Positions 38,201-47,332 of a stretch of DNA of 58,566 bases are shown here, piece after piece; position 1 is the first letter of the stretch, and the number at the start of each line of letters is the position of its first letter. Under the pieces are notes generated by a model. That model did no database searches. It was not told the origin of the DNA and worked only from the letters and a program-made list of their open reading frames with translations. A program made the position numbers and the translations under genes. The stretch is from a virus (Duplodnaviria > Caudoviricetes). Location: positions 1-58,566 of the IMG/VR virus record IMGVR_UViG_3300034106_000909; one strand, 5' to 3'.

Positions 38201-38707
38201 AGTATTTAATGCGTAGTTACTCGCGCTGGTGCTAAAAGCTCCATTGGTGACAGCAAGACCTGCCGTGTTTGTGAAGGCGCTACCAAGCGACCAGCCGCCA
38301 CCAACGCCAGCAAATGTGGTTGCATTTGCAGCCCAAGTCACGTTGTTGGTCGTGATTGTTCTGCCAGTGGTGGTCGACAAAAAGTTAATGGCCGCACCAG
38401 TGGTCGTAGAAAATACAACGCCAGTGGCTGCGTTTGTCCAACTACCGTAGCATTCAAGAACTGAAGTGGCCGCAGATGTGATAGTGACGTTGCCTGATGC
38501 AGGTCCAGCAATCGTGATGTCTCGCGCTCTTGCACTTAAACCCACCGTAACTGCGTAGGCTGTGGCGTTGGAGGATGAGTTAAAAAACACGTCGTCAGCA
38601 GACGTGGGTGCAGAAGCGCCAGAAGCGCCGCCAGAGGTTGCAGACCAGTTTGCGGTACTTGATGAGTTCCAAGGTCCATCACCGCCTACCCAGTAACGAT
38701 CAGCCAT
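35204..38707 (-). CDS. Large Thr/Gly/Ser-rich beta-helix repeat fibre/adhesin
   Basis: MADRYWVGG start; repeated TITSNG...FNGVG..TLQD...GTLNL...FGTGK units. Confidence 0.75.
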   Translation of the reverse strand: MADRYWVGGDGPWNSSSTANWSATSGGASGASAPTSADDVFFNSSSNATAYAVTVGLSARARDITIAGPASGNVTITSAATSVLECYGSWTNAATGVVFSTTTGAAINFLSTTTGRTITTNNVTWAANATTFAGVGGGWSLGSAFTNTAGLAVTNGAFSTSASNYALNTGALSTSGTATRSISLNASAVTVTASTCINIANPTGLTFNAGTSTITCSATSPLINGNGQTFNNVTFSGTNGGTTTIQGVNTFNNLTQTSVTATGIRRVIFSSSQTITGTLTLGAANTPIRRVHVFSVTPTGLGIGTPVTLTVATIATLADVDFRDITAAGASGTWSGTRLGNAGGNSNITFAAGVNKYWNLASSGNWTQTTAWALTSGGATSTNNFPLAQDTAIIEDTGLTAGNTITFNDNWFIGTIDASTRTTAFTLASGTVTPFVVGSYTVPSVATITGTGTWYFQGYGATQTITTNGDVLTFPINCNGSTTNIVRLSGNLTTTNLVTLQQGTLDLNNNVLSANQFNGSSTGVRTLAFGTGKMVLAGSSSTVFNTDNGTNLTITGSKRVEYSYSGSVGLRQISGPGTATTVEGVNICDHYILAGTDGFNPNGARSYGTVDFAGFGGTVSGGSPSFYGSLVLSSVSTFSTSGLSISFLGASGTKTITSNGKTIDGNVAFNGVGSTFTLQDALTIPSTATLTLTNGTLNLAGYTLTAGIFSSSNSNVRTLAFGTTGKIDLTGTTATVFSTSIATNLTVTGTNPLIRLTADVPFGTSRGTVFGAAGESNAISVDVTAGADTINLSTTQGAYRNVNFTGFTGTVFFSNSIFIFGNWNFGGATATGGSGTATFAATSGTKTITSNGGSFPGGVTFNGVGGAWTLQDNLTMSAALGLTTGTLNLGSYTLTCNNVGTSNSNTRAINFGTGKIVLTGRDQTVWTSGTATGLTVTGTRTVELTGVGVSGETRTITGPNVDPSAANIVDFYIKSGADIVSLGTANRFYRTLDFTGFSGSTLGDISPQIYGDLVLSTGMTVTGGSNGWTFVATTSQTITSNGVTINNTITFDGIGGTWTCTDALTLGSTRALTLTNGTLKLKNGTTNTVGSIATSGTNQKFLQSTVNGSRATLSAASGVSDVSYVTLKDSAATGGARFQAFTSNGNVNAGNNLGWFFINAVGFLSFF

Positions 38708-38709
38708 AT

Positions 38710-38874
38710 TTATTCCTCAACAGCAGGTGTTGTGATAGACAAAAGCCACTGGTCATACCGAGCCTGCTTCATGGCTTCGATCTCAGCGTCGGTCATGGTT
38801 TGGCCGTCCAACAGCACGATGGCGTCAACGTATTTCCCGTAGGGGCTGTCAAACTCGAAATCAATTTTGGTCAT
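38710..38874 (-). CDS. Small fibre-associated protein
   Basis: AAGG RBS before MTKIDFEF. Confidence 0.65.
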   Translation of the reverse strand: MTKIDFEFDSPYGKYVDAIVLLDGQTMTDAEIEAMKQARYDQWLLSITTPAVEE

Positions 38875-38882
38875 GACGTACC

Positions 38883-39344
38883 TTACGCAAAGCCAAACAC
38901 TTTGGCGACCATCTGCCACTTGGCAGAGGTGCTGTTGTACACAAATCCAATGTAGTCATAGAGCGTACCACCGGAAGTTGTCAGTGGCAGCGCAATGTCT
39001 GTAGAGCCTGCAAAAGCTGCGTTCCAAGAAAATGTCTGTACGTTGGTAGACCTGATACGAAGGATGAACTTCTGCCCGTTGTACAAGGTTCCAGTCGGGG
39101 CGTTCACCGTCAACGTACCAACAGCCTGCGTGTTGGCCTGAGTGGCAATATCCGTGGTATCAGCGTTTACGGTTAGGGAAGTCGCGTCAGCTAGAGCAAC
39201 CACACGCGGCTGAATGGCCTTGTTCGTCAATGTGGCTGTCGTACTGGCTTCCAACTTATCTGTGTTCAGATTGTTGAAGTTGTTGTCGACTTCGGTGTTT
39301 GTAAGGGGTGATCCCTTAACACTGCGTAAAACGATGGTGCTCAT
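38883..39344 (-). CDS. Virion fibre-anchor-like protein
   Basis: LRSVKGSPLTNTEVDNNF motif. Confidence 0.7.
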   Translation of the reverse strand: MSTIVLRSVKGSPLTNTEVDNNFNNLNTDKLEASTTATLTNKAIQPRVVALADATSLTVNADTTDIATQANTQAVGTLTVNAPTGTLYNGQKFILRIRSTNVQTFSWNAAFAGSTDIALPLTTSGGTLYDYIGFVYNSTSAKWQMVAKVFGFA

Positions 39345-39380
39345 ATATTCCTCTCAGGTACTAGGCGCAAGCTACCAAAA

Positions 39381-39818
39381 TCACGAGACCGTAACAGTCC
39401 ACGTAATGGACATGGAGTCCGTGGCACCCTTGTTCACAACCGCAAACTCAGTACGGCACAGCAGCGTACCAGAGCTTGCCGCATTGAAAATACCAGCCTC
39501 GGTGACAGCGCCAGTGCCGACGCCTTGCCCAAAAGCAGCTACATACGTCACCACAGCCAGTGCTGAAGTACTGGACGACAGCGCCACTCGTGCGAGTTCG
39601 GTGCCCAATGCGGTATCGCCGACAACAGGATCAACCGTACCGGAGCCGATGGCCATGTGGCTCATGGCGGTAGGCGTACCTACCATGCGTGCAGCGATAA
39701 ATGTCTTGCCGACAGTGACGACCAAGTTTGGTACAGTCTTTTCGCTCTTGAGTTGGCCATCAGAACCAAACAACTTGATGTTCAGTTCGCCCTTGGCTTT
39801 GACGGTTTCTTGGATCAT
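39381..39818 (-). CDS. Virion structural protein (tail-fibre N-terminal-like)
   Basis: NLVV..GK...MAIGSG...EAGIFNA...W.VT. Confidence 0.75.
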   Translation of the reverse strand: MIQETVKAKGELNIKLFGSDGQLKSEKTVPNLVVTVGKTFIAARMVGTPTAMSHMAIGSGTVDPVVGDTALGTELARVALSSSTSALAVVTYVAAFGQGVGTGAVTEAGIFNAASSGTLLCRTEFAVVNKGATDSMSITWTVTVS

Positions 39819-39827
39819 GACAATCTC

Positions 39828-40502
39828 CTATGCAAACGTGCGGTACTCACCGACGTAATCAGCTTCAAAATATGTCAGGTCGCAGTACCCCTGCGAGATT
39901 ACCGAACCTGACTCCGAAAACCCAAATGAATCTGCAACCGCTTTGGAGACGGACCGTACTTCTGAGTCCGCTGTACCTGCTGTGTCGGAGAGAATTTTGG
40001 TAGACGCTACGGCTGCAGCGTCCGCAAGCGTAAGTGTATCCGCAAGTACCTTGTTAACGCTAGTCTGCGCTGCGCTTATGGCTGCAAAAGCCTCGTTGAT
40101 GACTTTAGACACGGCGGTTTCTACCGTCTCCACTGTGGTCACAGTGTCATCCACGGACCTCAGCGCAGTCACTACGATGCTTATGACATCCGCCACAGTA
40201 ATAGTATCTCTTGGGCGCTTGGTCACAGTTCTACGTGCGCTATCGGTTGGAGTAACAATCTCCGCCCTTTCACTGCTCAGCGTAAAACTACTGACGTCAG
40301 CCACCGTCACGGTCTCTCTGATCCTCTTATTGAACCCAAGTTCGTCAAGTGCCACGGAGGCTGCTATGGCCACATAAGACAGCGTAAACCCGGCGTCTAC
40401 CGCTGACACGCTGGCTTGGGCTGCTACAGTTGCCGCAGAAGCCGTCAGATCGTCATACGAGATCGTGGCTACCAGACCCGTGCTGACGATTGTGTTGTTC
40501 AT
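39828..40502 (-). CDS. Ser/Thr/Ala-rich repeat structural protein
   Basis: K.L.D repeats; YFEADYVG tail. Confidence 0.65.
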   Translation of the reverse strand: MNNTIVSTGLVATISYDDLTASAATVAAQASVSAVDAGFTLSYVAIAASVALDELGFNKRIRETVTVADVSSFTLSSERAEIVTPTDSARRTVTKRPRDTITVADVISIVVTALRSVDDTVTTVETVETAVSKVINEAFAAISAAQTSVNKVLADTLTLADAAAVASTKILSDTAGTADSEVRSVSKAVADSFGFSESGSVISQGYCDLTYFEADYVGEYRTFA

Positions 40503-40834
40503 CAGAAGTCCTGACGCAACTTAAACTTGAGGAGGTCGTATACAGTTTGAACAGTGGTGTCAGAGAACGTGATTTCGATCTCACCTTCGTAGTCGCCCGG
40601 ATCGCCGTCAAGCGACGTAGGATCATCTGACCAGTAAAACACTACGACGCCGTTAGCGCCGTCAGTCACAGTTCCAGTAAGCGTAGACTTCAGTGTCGTA
40701 GCGCCAACAGCCCGGAACTTCAGCCGAACTGTCGCACCAGTGATGTTGATTACAGCCCCAGTTGTGGAATCTGTCAAAGTAGTAACAAGGTTTGGACGGG
40801 TGTCGCCCTGAACCAGTCGAATCTTTTCGGCCAT
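40502..40834 (-). CDS. BppU-N-like Ig-fold structural protein
   Basis: QGDTRP...GDYEGEIEITF motif. Confidence 0.7.
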   Translation of the reverse strand: MAEKIRLVQGDTRPNLVTTLTDSTTGAVINITGATVRLKFRAVGATTLKSTLTGTVTDGANGVVVFYWSDDPTSLDGDPGDYEGEIEITFSDTTVQTVYDLLKFKLRQDF

Positions 40835-40843
40835 GTGAGCTCC

Positions 40844-41455
40844 TTATGCCGCTGGGCGTTGGCGCACCATCATGTGGACGCCACGAAAATCACGAATGCG
40901 GGCGTTGGTAATGGCCCGCTCATACAAGCCCTTGTGCATGCCAGCCAGAGCCATGTCGGACCATTCCTTGCCCGGAATCATGGCCAGTTGCGCGATTGCG
41001 CCGCTAACGATGGTGTCAGCAAACGTCTCGTAAATCCAGTCTTCTACGCCCGTGCCAGCGCGGTTTGGCTTGAGTACGGCGTACACCTTGAGCGCAGTGC
41101 GCTCTTCTGGTATGGGGAAGATGCGGATGCTGTTGTCAGCCTGAACCCAGAACTCGCGGGGCTCGCCAACCTCGGACAACTTTTCAGCGCCAATCAAGCG
41201 CAGGTCAGTGCGTGTGAGAGTAGCTTCCCCGTACACCACAGAGATGACGTTTTCCACAAGACCTGTATCCGGGTCGAGGTCGTAGTCAACCGTGCCAGCC
41301 ACAACAGTGATGCCACTGATCTGCTCGCGCCACAGGTACGTGCGTGCGAAGAAATCGGACGCCGTAGACGCCAGATACAACTTCAAGCTAGGGTCTGGGC
41401 ACCCGGGCAAATGCGGGGCCAGCAATGGAAGAAAGTCGGCCCACAATTTTGCCAT
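40844..41455 (-). CDS. Head-tail adaptor/tail protein
   Basis: PGCP...FFART..W...IPGKEWS; synteny. Confidence 0.7.
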   Translation of the reverse strand: MAKLWADFLPLLAPHLPGCPDPSLKLYLASTASDFFARTYLWREQISGITVVAGTVDYDLDPDTGLVENVISVVYGEATLTRTDLRLIGAEKLSEVGEPREFWVQADNSIRIFPIPEERTALKVYAVLKPNRAGTGVEDWIYETFADTIVSGAIAQLAMIPGKEWSDMALAGMHKGLYERAITNARIRDFRGVHMMVRQRPAA

Positions 41456-42132
41456 TACGCAACCCCCGGCTGCGATGCAGCGTTGGCCTGTGCAGACACG
41501 CCCAGAGCGCTCTGGAAGGCTTGGTAGTGAGCCACAGCACGTTGGGCATTAGCAGCGTACTCTGCGTCCTTGCTGTAGGCTCTGTAGAGCACATAGTCCA
41601 GCATGGCGTTGAAATAGCTGTCGTCGATACGGATGACCTCAGCCGTGGCTGAGTTAATCAACTGCGCTTCAGTCAAGGTATGCGCCAGTGGCACTGACGC
41701 GTAGATCACCTCAAGGCGTGCCGCTGTCGTAGCTGGTGGGTACACCAGAAACTCTTTTGGCAATCGAGGGTCAAACATGTAGTGCTGGATGTCCACAGTC
41801 GGTGTTTCAGCGTACCAGTTACGACGCTGATCGTCGAGCATTTTGCGGTTAACTATGCGGACTGCACCTTTGGCAGATGTTGCAGCAGTGTTGCGCACAA
41901 CTTCAACGACTCGGAGCGCCGAAGCAAATGTAGTGGTTACGACTTGTCGAGCTCCAGCTACGCAGGTAAATTCACCAGTCGCAGTGTTGGAGTCAGGCCG
42001 AATGTTAACAGTCTCACGATAGCTGTCGTTGATATAGTTCTGCAACTCCAATACAGGCCACCGTACAGCCGTGGTATCTTGGAGCAGCGTCTGCGCCCGG
42101 GAGATAAGGTCTACAACTTTTGCGGTGGCCAT
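41455..42132 (-). CDS. Head-tail adaptor (DUF6682-like)
   Basis: LQD...RW..EL...YVLYRAYSKDAE. Confidence 0.75.
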   Translation of the reverse strand: MATAKVVDLISRAQTLLQDTTAVRWPVLELQNYINDSYRETVNIRPDSNTATGEFTCVAGARQVVTTTFASALRVVEVVRNTAATSAKGAVRIVNRKMLDDQRRNWYAETPTVDIQHYMFDPRLPKEFLVYPPATTAARLEVIYASVPLAHTLTEAQLINSATAEVIRIDDSYFNAMLDYVLYRAYSKDAEYAANAQRAVAHYQAFQSALGVSAQANAASQPGVA

Positions 42133-42140
42133 GGTCTACC

Positions 42141-42428
42141 TCACAGTTCAGGCTCTACATCAGCCAATTCTACCGCAGCAGGGGCTTCAGGTGTAGGCTC
42201 ACCTTCAACTACTGGCTCTGCTGCCTTCTTTGCGCGTTTTGGCTTAATTGCAGCTTCTTCCACAGCGGCGTTGGAGTGCGCATTGGCCAGCTCTTGGCCT
42301 TCCGGGGTGTATTCCCACTCAGTACCAATCATACGGGCCAAGACGACAATCTTGCCGTCTACAGTAGCGCGAATCTTGTTGTTGAGGGTTTCGCCACCAA
42401 GGCGAGACATAAGCTCAAGTGCGTTCAT
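42141..42428 (-). CDS. Hypothetical protein
   Basis: GGAG RBS; follows the capsid genes. Confidence 0.7.
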   Translation of the reverse strand: MNALELMSRLGGETLNNKIRATVDGKIVVLARMIGTEWEYTPEGQELANAHSNAAVEEAAIKPKRAKKAAEPVVEGEPTPEAPAAVELADVEPEL

Positions 42429-42447
42429 TTAGTGCTCCATAAAAGGT

Positions 42448-42472
42448 AAAAGGGGCTCCGAAGAGCCCCTTT
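42448..42472 (-). terminator. Intrinsic terminator (UUCG loop)
   Basis: GGGGCTC-TTCG-GAGCCCC-TTTT on the minus strand. Confidence 0.8.
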
Positions 42473-42485
42473 ATTGTGCCACCGA

Positions 42486-42818
42486 TTAGGCGCTGAGAAC
42501 AGCACCCCAGTTTTCGTCACCCAAGCTGATGTAAGCACCAGACATGTTAGCAACCAAAGCTTTAGCGGCGTTCGCAGAACCGTTGTTGATCTTGCCACCA
42601 GTGGCAGGATACACGTTCAATGAGTTAGCCGAACTATTGACAATATAAACAACGTCACCAACAGGGCGCTCAGCGGGCAACTTAACGCCATCAGCAGCCG
42701 TACCTGTAGTTACGAAGTTAACGGCACCAGTCAGTGCAGTAGCACCGGCCTGAGTTTGGGTTGTGCCAGCGGTGGCTGTTTGATAGCCGCCGATGCTGCG
42801 AGAAAATTGAGTAGACAT
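42486..42818 (-). CDS. Capsid decoration-like protein
   Basis: Small Ala/Gly/Thr-rich gene directly after the MCP; GGAG RBS. Confidence 0.65.
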   Translation of the reverse strand: MSTQFSRSIGGYQTATAGTTQTQAGATALTGAVNFVTTGTAADGVKLPAERPVGDVVYIVNSSANSLNVYPATGGKINNGSANAAKALVANMSGAYISLGDENWGAVLSA

Positions 42819-42834
42819 GAAAATCTCCAAAAAT

Positions 42835-42867
42835 AAATGAAACAGAATGGGCCCCCGTAGGGGCCCA
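42835..42867 (-). terminator. Hairpin/leaky terminator after the MCP
   Basis: TGGGCCCC-TACG-GGGGCCCA followed by a T-rich tract. Confidence 0.65.
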
Positions 42868-42872
42868 GTTCA

Positions 42873-43874
42873 TCAGGTGGCGGAACCGACTTGGGCCACG
42901 ACCAGAGCTTCAGGCTTGACAGTCTTGCGACCGTACACAGCCAAACCACGGACGATATCGCCGAAGTCAGTCTGGTTACGCAGGGGCTCAGTCTTGTTCA
43001 CGGTCATGGCGAAAGACATTGCTGCCTTGGTGCCAGCGACCATGGTACGACGTGCCTTGGCGCTCGACACAGTGCCGCCAGTGGCGGGGTCTGTCAAACC
43101 AGCAACCAGTGCCTTGCCAGCAGCGCCGCGTGGCAGCAAGTTGGACACGTACACAGTGAAGCGGTCCAGCATACCGATCTTGCCGCTACGGATGGTCGAC
43201 TGAGCGTCGCCAGTGAAGTAGGCTTGAGCGATGTTGGACTGCATCAGCAAATGACGGTCGAAGGGGCTGATAACCAACCAGCGGCCATCTTCAGGCACGT
43301 TCTGCTCGTCCAACACTGTGGACATGCGCAGGATACCCTTCAGCACGTTCTCAGGAGTGGCTTGGTCGATGGGGGTAACGTCTGTGCCCAAGTTGTAGGC
43401 AGCAGAGATAGCACCAGCGGTAGCGCCTTCGTTGGCAGCGGCAGGGCCTTCAGTGACCATGTTGTTGAAGAACACTTCGTTTTCGATGGCGATCTTCAAC
43501 TGCTTGGCAGCGTCTTCGGTGAACATGTTCATCAAGTTCATGTCGGACTGATAGGCCAGCACGTCGTTGACTTGCACGCCGAAGTACTTGCCCTTGTTCA
43601 CTTGCATATCTTGGAAGATAGGAGTGGGGACTTCGTACGACAGGTTCTGGCCAACGGTGTAGTCGGAGATGCTGATCGAAGGAGCCAGACGGATACGGAT
43701 GGTATCGCCTTGGTTCTTCAACTCGCCTTCGTAATCGGTGTTAGCGATTTCCGACAACATGGTGTTCTGGTAGAACTTGGCCAGCAATTTGCCGGACCAC
43801 AGGGTGGGGATGAAAGCACCGGAATACGAAGGGTTCGTATTGAACGGCGACTGGACGGGATAAACTGCAGCCAT
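42873..43874 (-). CDS. Major capsid protein
   Basis: FIPTLWS...YEGE...GDTIRI...FGDIVRGLAVYG; AGGAGG RBS; strong codon bias. Confidence 0.9.
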   Translation of the reverse strand: MAAVYPVQSPFNTNPSYSGAFIPTLWSGKLLAKFYQNTMLSEIANTDYEGELKNQGDTIRIRLAPSISISDYTVGQNLSYEVPTPIFQDMQVNKGKYFGVQVNDVLAYQSDMNLMNMFTEDAAKQLKIAIENEVFFNNMVTEGPAAANEGATAGAISAAYNLGTDVTPIDQATPENVLKGILRMSTVLDEQNVPEDGRWLVISPFDRHLLMQSNIAQAYFTGDAQSTIRSGKIGMLDRFTVYVSNLLPRGAAGKALVAGLTDPATGGTVSSAKARRTMVAGTKAAMSFAMTVNKTEPLRNQTDFGDIVRGLAVYGRKTVKPEALVVAQVGSAT

Positions 43875-43923
43875 GATGGCCTCCTAAATTAAAACAGGTT
43901 GGGGTTCAACGCTGTGTCACTGG

Positions 43924-44883
43924 TCACGCAACTACGCGACCTTCCATGAACGCAGCATCAATTTCAGCTTCAAGTTTCTTTGCCGCGTCGCTCTGCCCTT
44001 TGGTCCCCAAGTCTGCTGCCTTACGGAACATTTTTTCAATGTCCGCGTTGGTGTAGACCTTACCTTTTTGAGAGGTAGGTGGGGCGCTCGTGGCACCACG
44101 ATTTGGCTGAAGTTGACGCTCAAGCTCTTCGGTCTTGTCGGCTTTTTGCTCCACGGGTGCAATGGTCTGTTTGAACATCGCCACGTAGTGTGCAACACCT
44201 TCAGCATCGCCTCGGTTGAACGCTTGTTGTGCAACAGAAGAACGGGGGGCTCGGAGCAGCGGATCAACTTCGTTGAGCCAAGCGATCCACTTGGGATCAG
44301 CATTGACTGCTTCAAAGTCCGGCACCATACGGTACAGGCGCTGCTCAAAACTTGCTTCAGACACTTGGGTGCCGGTGCTGGTCAGCTGCTCGCGCAACTT
44401 CTCATTCTCGGCTCTCATGGCGTCCAGCTCGCCTCGAAACTCTGATGCCACTTCGCGGGCAACTTTGCGTTGGACTTCAATCAAGTCCTGACCAAATGCT
44501 TCAACATCAGCATCAGTCACCAACTTTGTAGGAGCTGCGGGCTTAGCTGGCTCAACTGGCTTGGTCTCAGAGGCTTTGCGGAGGCTATCCACTTGGGCCT
44601 TGAGCTCACGCAAGTCTGCATGCAAGCGAGGCACTTCAGCGTCGTACATGCCCTTGAGGGTTTTGTACTTCTGCTGCCATGTCTCTTCCGCGACTACTGG
44701 CTCTGTTGGCGTCGGCGTTGGCTCAACAGGTTTGGGCTCAGTTGGCTGAGGCTGTGGGTCTTGGGGAGGCTCTGCTGGCGTTGGTTCAGGGTCTGCGGGT
44801 GCAGGATTCTGGCCCTCTGCGAGCTGCTTTTCCAGTGCTTCCAGTTCTCGTAACTGCGCTTCTACTTGTCTAGGCAATGCCAT
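43924..44883 (-). CDS. Scaffolding protein
   Basis: Pro-rich acidic coiled coil; YKTLKGMY; C-terminal EIDAAFMEGRV; precedes the MCP. Confidence 0.8.
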   Translation of the reverse strand: MALPRQVEAQLRELEALEKQLAEGQNPAPADPEPTPAEPPQDPQPQPTEPKPVEPTPTPTEPVVAEETWQQKYKTLKGMYDAEVPRLHADLRELKAQVDSLRKASETKPVEPAKPAAPTKLVTDADVEAFGQDLIEVQRKVAREVASEFRGELDAMRAENEKLREQLTSTGTQVSEASFEQRLYRMVPDFEAVNADPKWIAWLNEVDPLLRAPRSSVAQQAFNRGDAEGVAHYVAMFKQTIAPVEQKADKTEELERQLQPNRGATSAPPTSQKGKVYTNADIEKMFRKAADLGTKGQSDAAKKLEAEIDAAFMEGRVVA

Positions 44884-44972
44884 TTCAATTTCCTTTTAGC
44901 TCCAACTCTGCTTCAGGCTCCTACTGCGGTCTGCCGTCGACATAATGGTTTGCTCGGACTACAAAAATCGGA

Positions 44973-45215
44973 TCATTTGATCCGGTCGAAGACCTCTGAC
45001 GATTTTTCAACCGCTTCGAGGAAATCTGATAAGACCTGAGCCTGACCTTGGAGGCGGTACAGACGGTGCGGTTCTTCTGCCTGCGTCAAGGAAACCTTGG
45101 TTTCCTCCAGCTTGGTTCGGAACAGCGCCAGTAGCGCTTCGTTTTCTTGCAGCTTGCAGCGAATCAACGCTTGCATGTGCTGCCGATCAGGCTTTTGGCC
45201 TACAAAAATCTTCAT
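44973..45215 (-). CDS. Small conserved head-assembly protein
   Basis: LYRLQGQAQVL motif; between portal and scaffold. Confidence 0.7.
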   Translation of the reverse strand: MKIFVGQKPDRQHMQALIRCKLQENEALLALFRTKLEETKVSLTQAEEPHRLYRLQGQAQVLSDFLEAVEKSSEVFDRIK

Positions 45216-45221
45216 GTGTGG

Positions 45222-45251
45222 ATTCTATACAACAAATTCAAAAAAAGTCAA
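45222..45251 (-). promoter_or_regulatory. Sigma70-type promoter, probably giving a leaderless transcript
   Basis: TTGACT-18 nt-TAGAAT, 6 nt before the ATG at 45215. Confidence 0.6.
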
Positions 45252-47329
45252 ACACCGTTTGGTCGGGCTGAAATCATATTTCCCTCCCGGCCACCGACTT
45301 GGCTGCCGTCGGGCAGCATATTCTTTGGAGCTGGACCCTGCGTCATGCCCGGAGCGCCGCCTTGGAGTTCGCCAGCGATCATGGCCAGCTGCTCTTGGAG
45401 CTGAGCGTTTTGCTGCTGCAGGTTCTGCATAGCTGTCAGCGTCGGACGGTCTGGGACGATCCTGTTGACGTTGCCGCTCAGGTTGCGGGCCTGCTCGCGC
45501 AGGAGTTCCGCCGCGCCGTCCATACCCACGATCTGCTGGGCCACTGGGCTGTTGAGCACGATCTGCAGGAACTCGTTACGGCGGACTGCCTCAGCTTCTT
45601 TGACCACCAAGCTGGTAGCGCCCTTGGCCACAGCCTTGACGTCGCCGATCAGGTCTGGGTCTTTGCTGTAGCGCAGGTTGTCTTGGTACAAGCGTTCGAT
45701 GGATGGCACGATGACGCTGCGGTCAATGTTGCTGATAACCTGCTTGATACCCTTGCCAGCGTTGGAGATCAACATGGACAAGCCAGACGACGTGCGACCA
45801 GCCCCGGGGGAGCTCTCGCCAGTCATGTAGCGTGGGATCATGGTGTCTTCGTCAGCGCGAGCGCTGAACTTCTCGAACACCGCCATCAACTCATTGGCGT
45901 TGCTGTTTGGCTGGAAGAACTGCAGTGGCTGCGAGCCATCGTTGAACTCAGAGCTCTGGAACTGCCAGATTTTCCAAGGGTACATCTCGGTGATGTCCTC
46001 GCCCGGGGGCAGGCGCGACACGTTCACACCCACCTGCGGACCAGAGCTGATGCCCATGTTGTTGGCCAAGCTGCGAGCTGCGGCGTTCACCATGTTCTGC
46101 GAGTCACGGCACAAGTCGGCCACACCCTTACCAGCCACAGCGCCGGGTACGCGCTCGTACGAAGTCACGTAGTAAGGCTTGCGGCCCAGCGGGTCGTAGT
46201 TCAGCACAGCACGGATCACTGTGGAGCCTACCAGCCACACTTCGCAGGGGTAGTTCAGGTCTGGGTCAGGAATCTCTTTGGCGGACAGACCCCACGTCAA
46301 CAAGTCCTTACCCTGCACGCTGTCCCACATCTGCAGTGCGTCGATCAGGTCGGTTGTGAAGATGGTCTGGGTAGTGTCCTTGCCCTCGGCGGTTGCCTGA
46401 GCGCTGTCAGTCCACAGCCACTCGTTGAGGTTGCCCATCTCGAAGGAGTTGAGCACTGAGCGGATGGCGTCATCGTTGTACCCGGGCACGCCGATCAAGG
46501 CCTGCAGGTCTTCGCGAGTCATGCGGTGACGCTCAACGATAAAACCCTCTTGGATGTCTGAGCACCATGGGGCCCAGTAGAACATGAACGGGTCAACCCG
46601 CTCCCACTCATTGCGGATTTCCTCAGACGGCACCAGCTCGCCGTTTTGCCAAGCCATAGTCTTGCGCTTGCGCTTGACTGGGCCCTTCATCACAGCGTAG
46701 GGGAACGTCACGACGTCATCCAAGAACGCGTTCAGTGCATCTGTCCAGCCCCCCTCAACGAGCTGGTCTTCCATCTTCAGTTCCATGCGGTCAACGCGGT
46801 CGTTGGCCTCTTCACGGAGTTTGCGCATCGCTGCGTCTTTCATCAAGCTGGCGGTCTCCCGCAACTGTGTGGGGTCTGGCATATCCATGCCCTGCTCCAT
46901 CATGGCCTGCAACTGCTGCTGCATGCTGGCCATCAGCTCTTGGATGATCTCTGGAGGCATGGTGGGCTCTGGTGTAGCCTCAAGGCTCCACGGCTTGTCT
47001 GTGCCTGTGCCCAGCAAGGTATCACGCAGCCAGCTCGTAGCAGCGCGGCACTTCACCGATGTCAGCTGGATGTAAATCTCCGAGCCGCCTTGGCGCTTGA
47101 TGTCAGCAAGTTTGTCAGGATCGTACTCACCGTTGCGCTGGCGCAAACACTGCAGCATGCGCTCTTCGATGGTCCGTTTGGCTTCACGGGCGGACTCCCA
47201 GCGCTTGCGTGCATGAGCAGCCAGCCCTTGGATCACAGGCTGAGCCTGCATGTCCGTGTTGCGTTTCTGCGACTCGCGCTCCAGATCGGAACTACGAGCT
47301 ACGGGAATGAGTGCGATGCCTGTTGCCAT
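45248..47329 (-). CDS. Portal protein
   Basis: 693 aa; podovirus portal layout with RTSSGLSML and a Gln-rich C-terminus; synteny. Confidence 0.88.
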   Translation of the reverse strand: MATGIALIPVARSSDLERESQKRNTDMQAQPVIQGLAAHARKRWESAREAKRTIEERMLQCLRQRNGEYDPDKLADIKRQGGSEIYIQLTSVKCRAATSWLRDTLLGTGTDKPWSLEATPEPTMPPEIIQELMASMQQQLQAMMEQGMDMPDPTQLRETASLMKDAAMRKLREEANDRVDRMELKMEDQLVEGGWTDALNAFLDDVVTFPYAVMKGPVKRKRKTMAWQNGELVPSEEIRNEWERVDPFMFYWAPWCSDIQEGFIVERHRMTREDLQALIGVPGYNDDAIRSVLNSFEMGNLNEWLWTDSAQATAEGKDTTQTIFTTDLIDALQMWDSVQGKDLLTWGLSAKEIPDPDLNYPCEVWLVGSTVIRAVLNYDPLGRKPYYVTSYERVPGAVAGKGVADLCRDSQNMVNAAARSLANNMGISSGPQVGVNVSRLPPGEDITEMYPWKIWQFQSSEFNDGSQPLQFFQPNSNANELMAVFEKFSARADEDTMIPRYMTGESSPGAGRTSSGLSMLISNAGKGIKQVISNIDRSVIVPSIERLYQDNLRYSKDPDLIGDVKAVAKGATSLVVKEAEAVRRNEFLQIVLNSPVAQQIVGMDGAAELLREQARNLSGNVNRIVPDRPTLTAMQNLQQQNAQLQEQLAMIAGELQGGAPGMTQGPAPKNMLPDGSQVGGREGNMISARPNGV

Positions 47330-47332
47330 ATC

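Noticed and set aside
27047-38707. Diversity-generating retroelement or invertible fibre cassette
   Set aside because: No reverse transcriptase, recombinase or adenine-specific TR/VR pair seen
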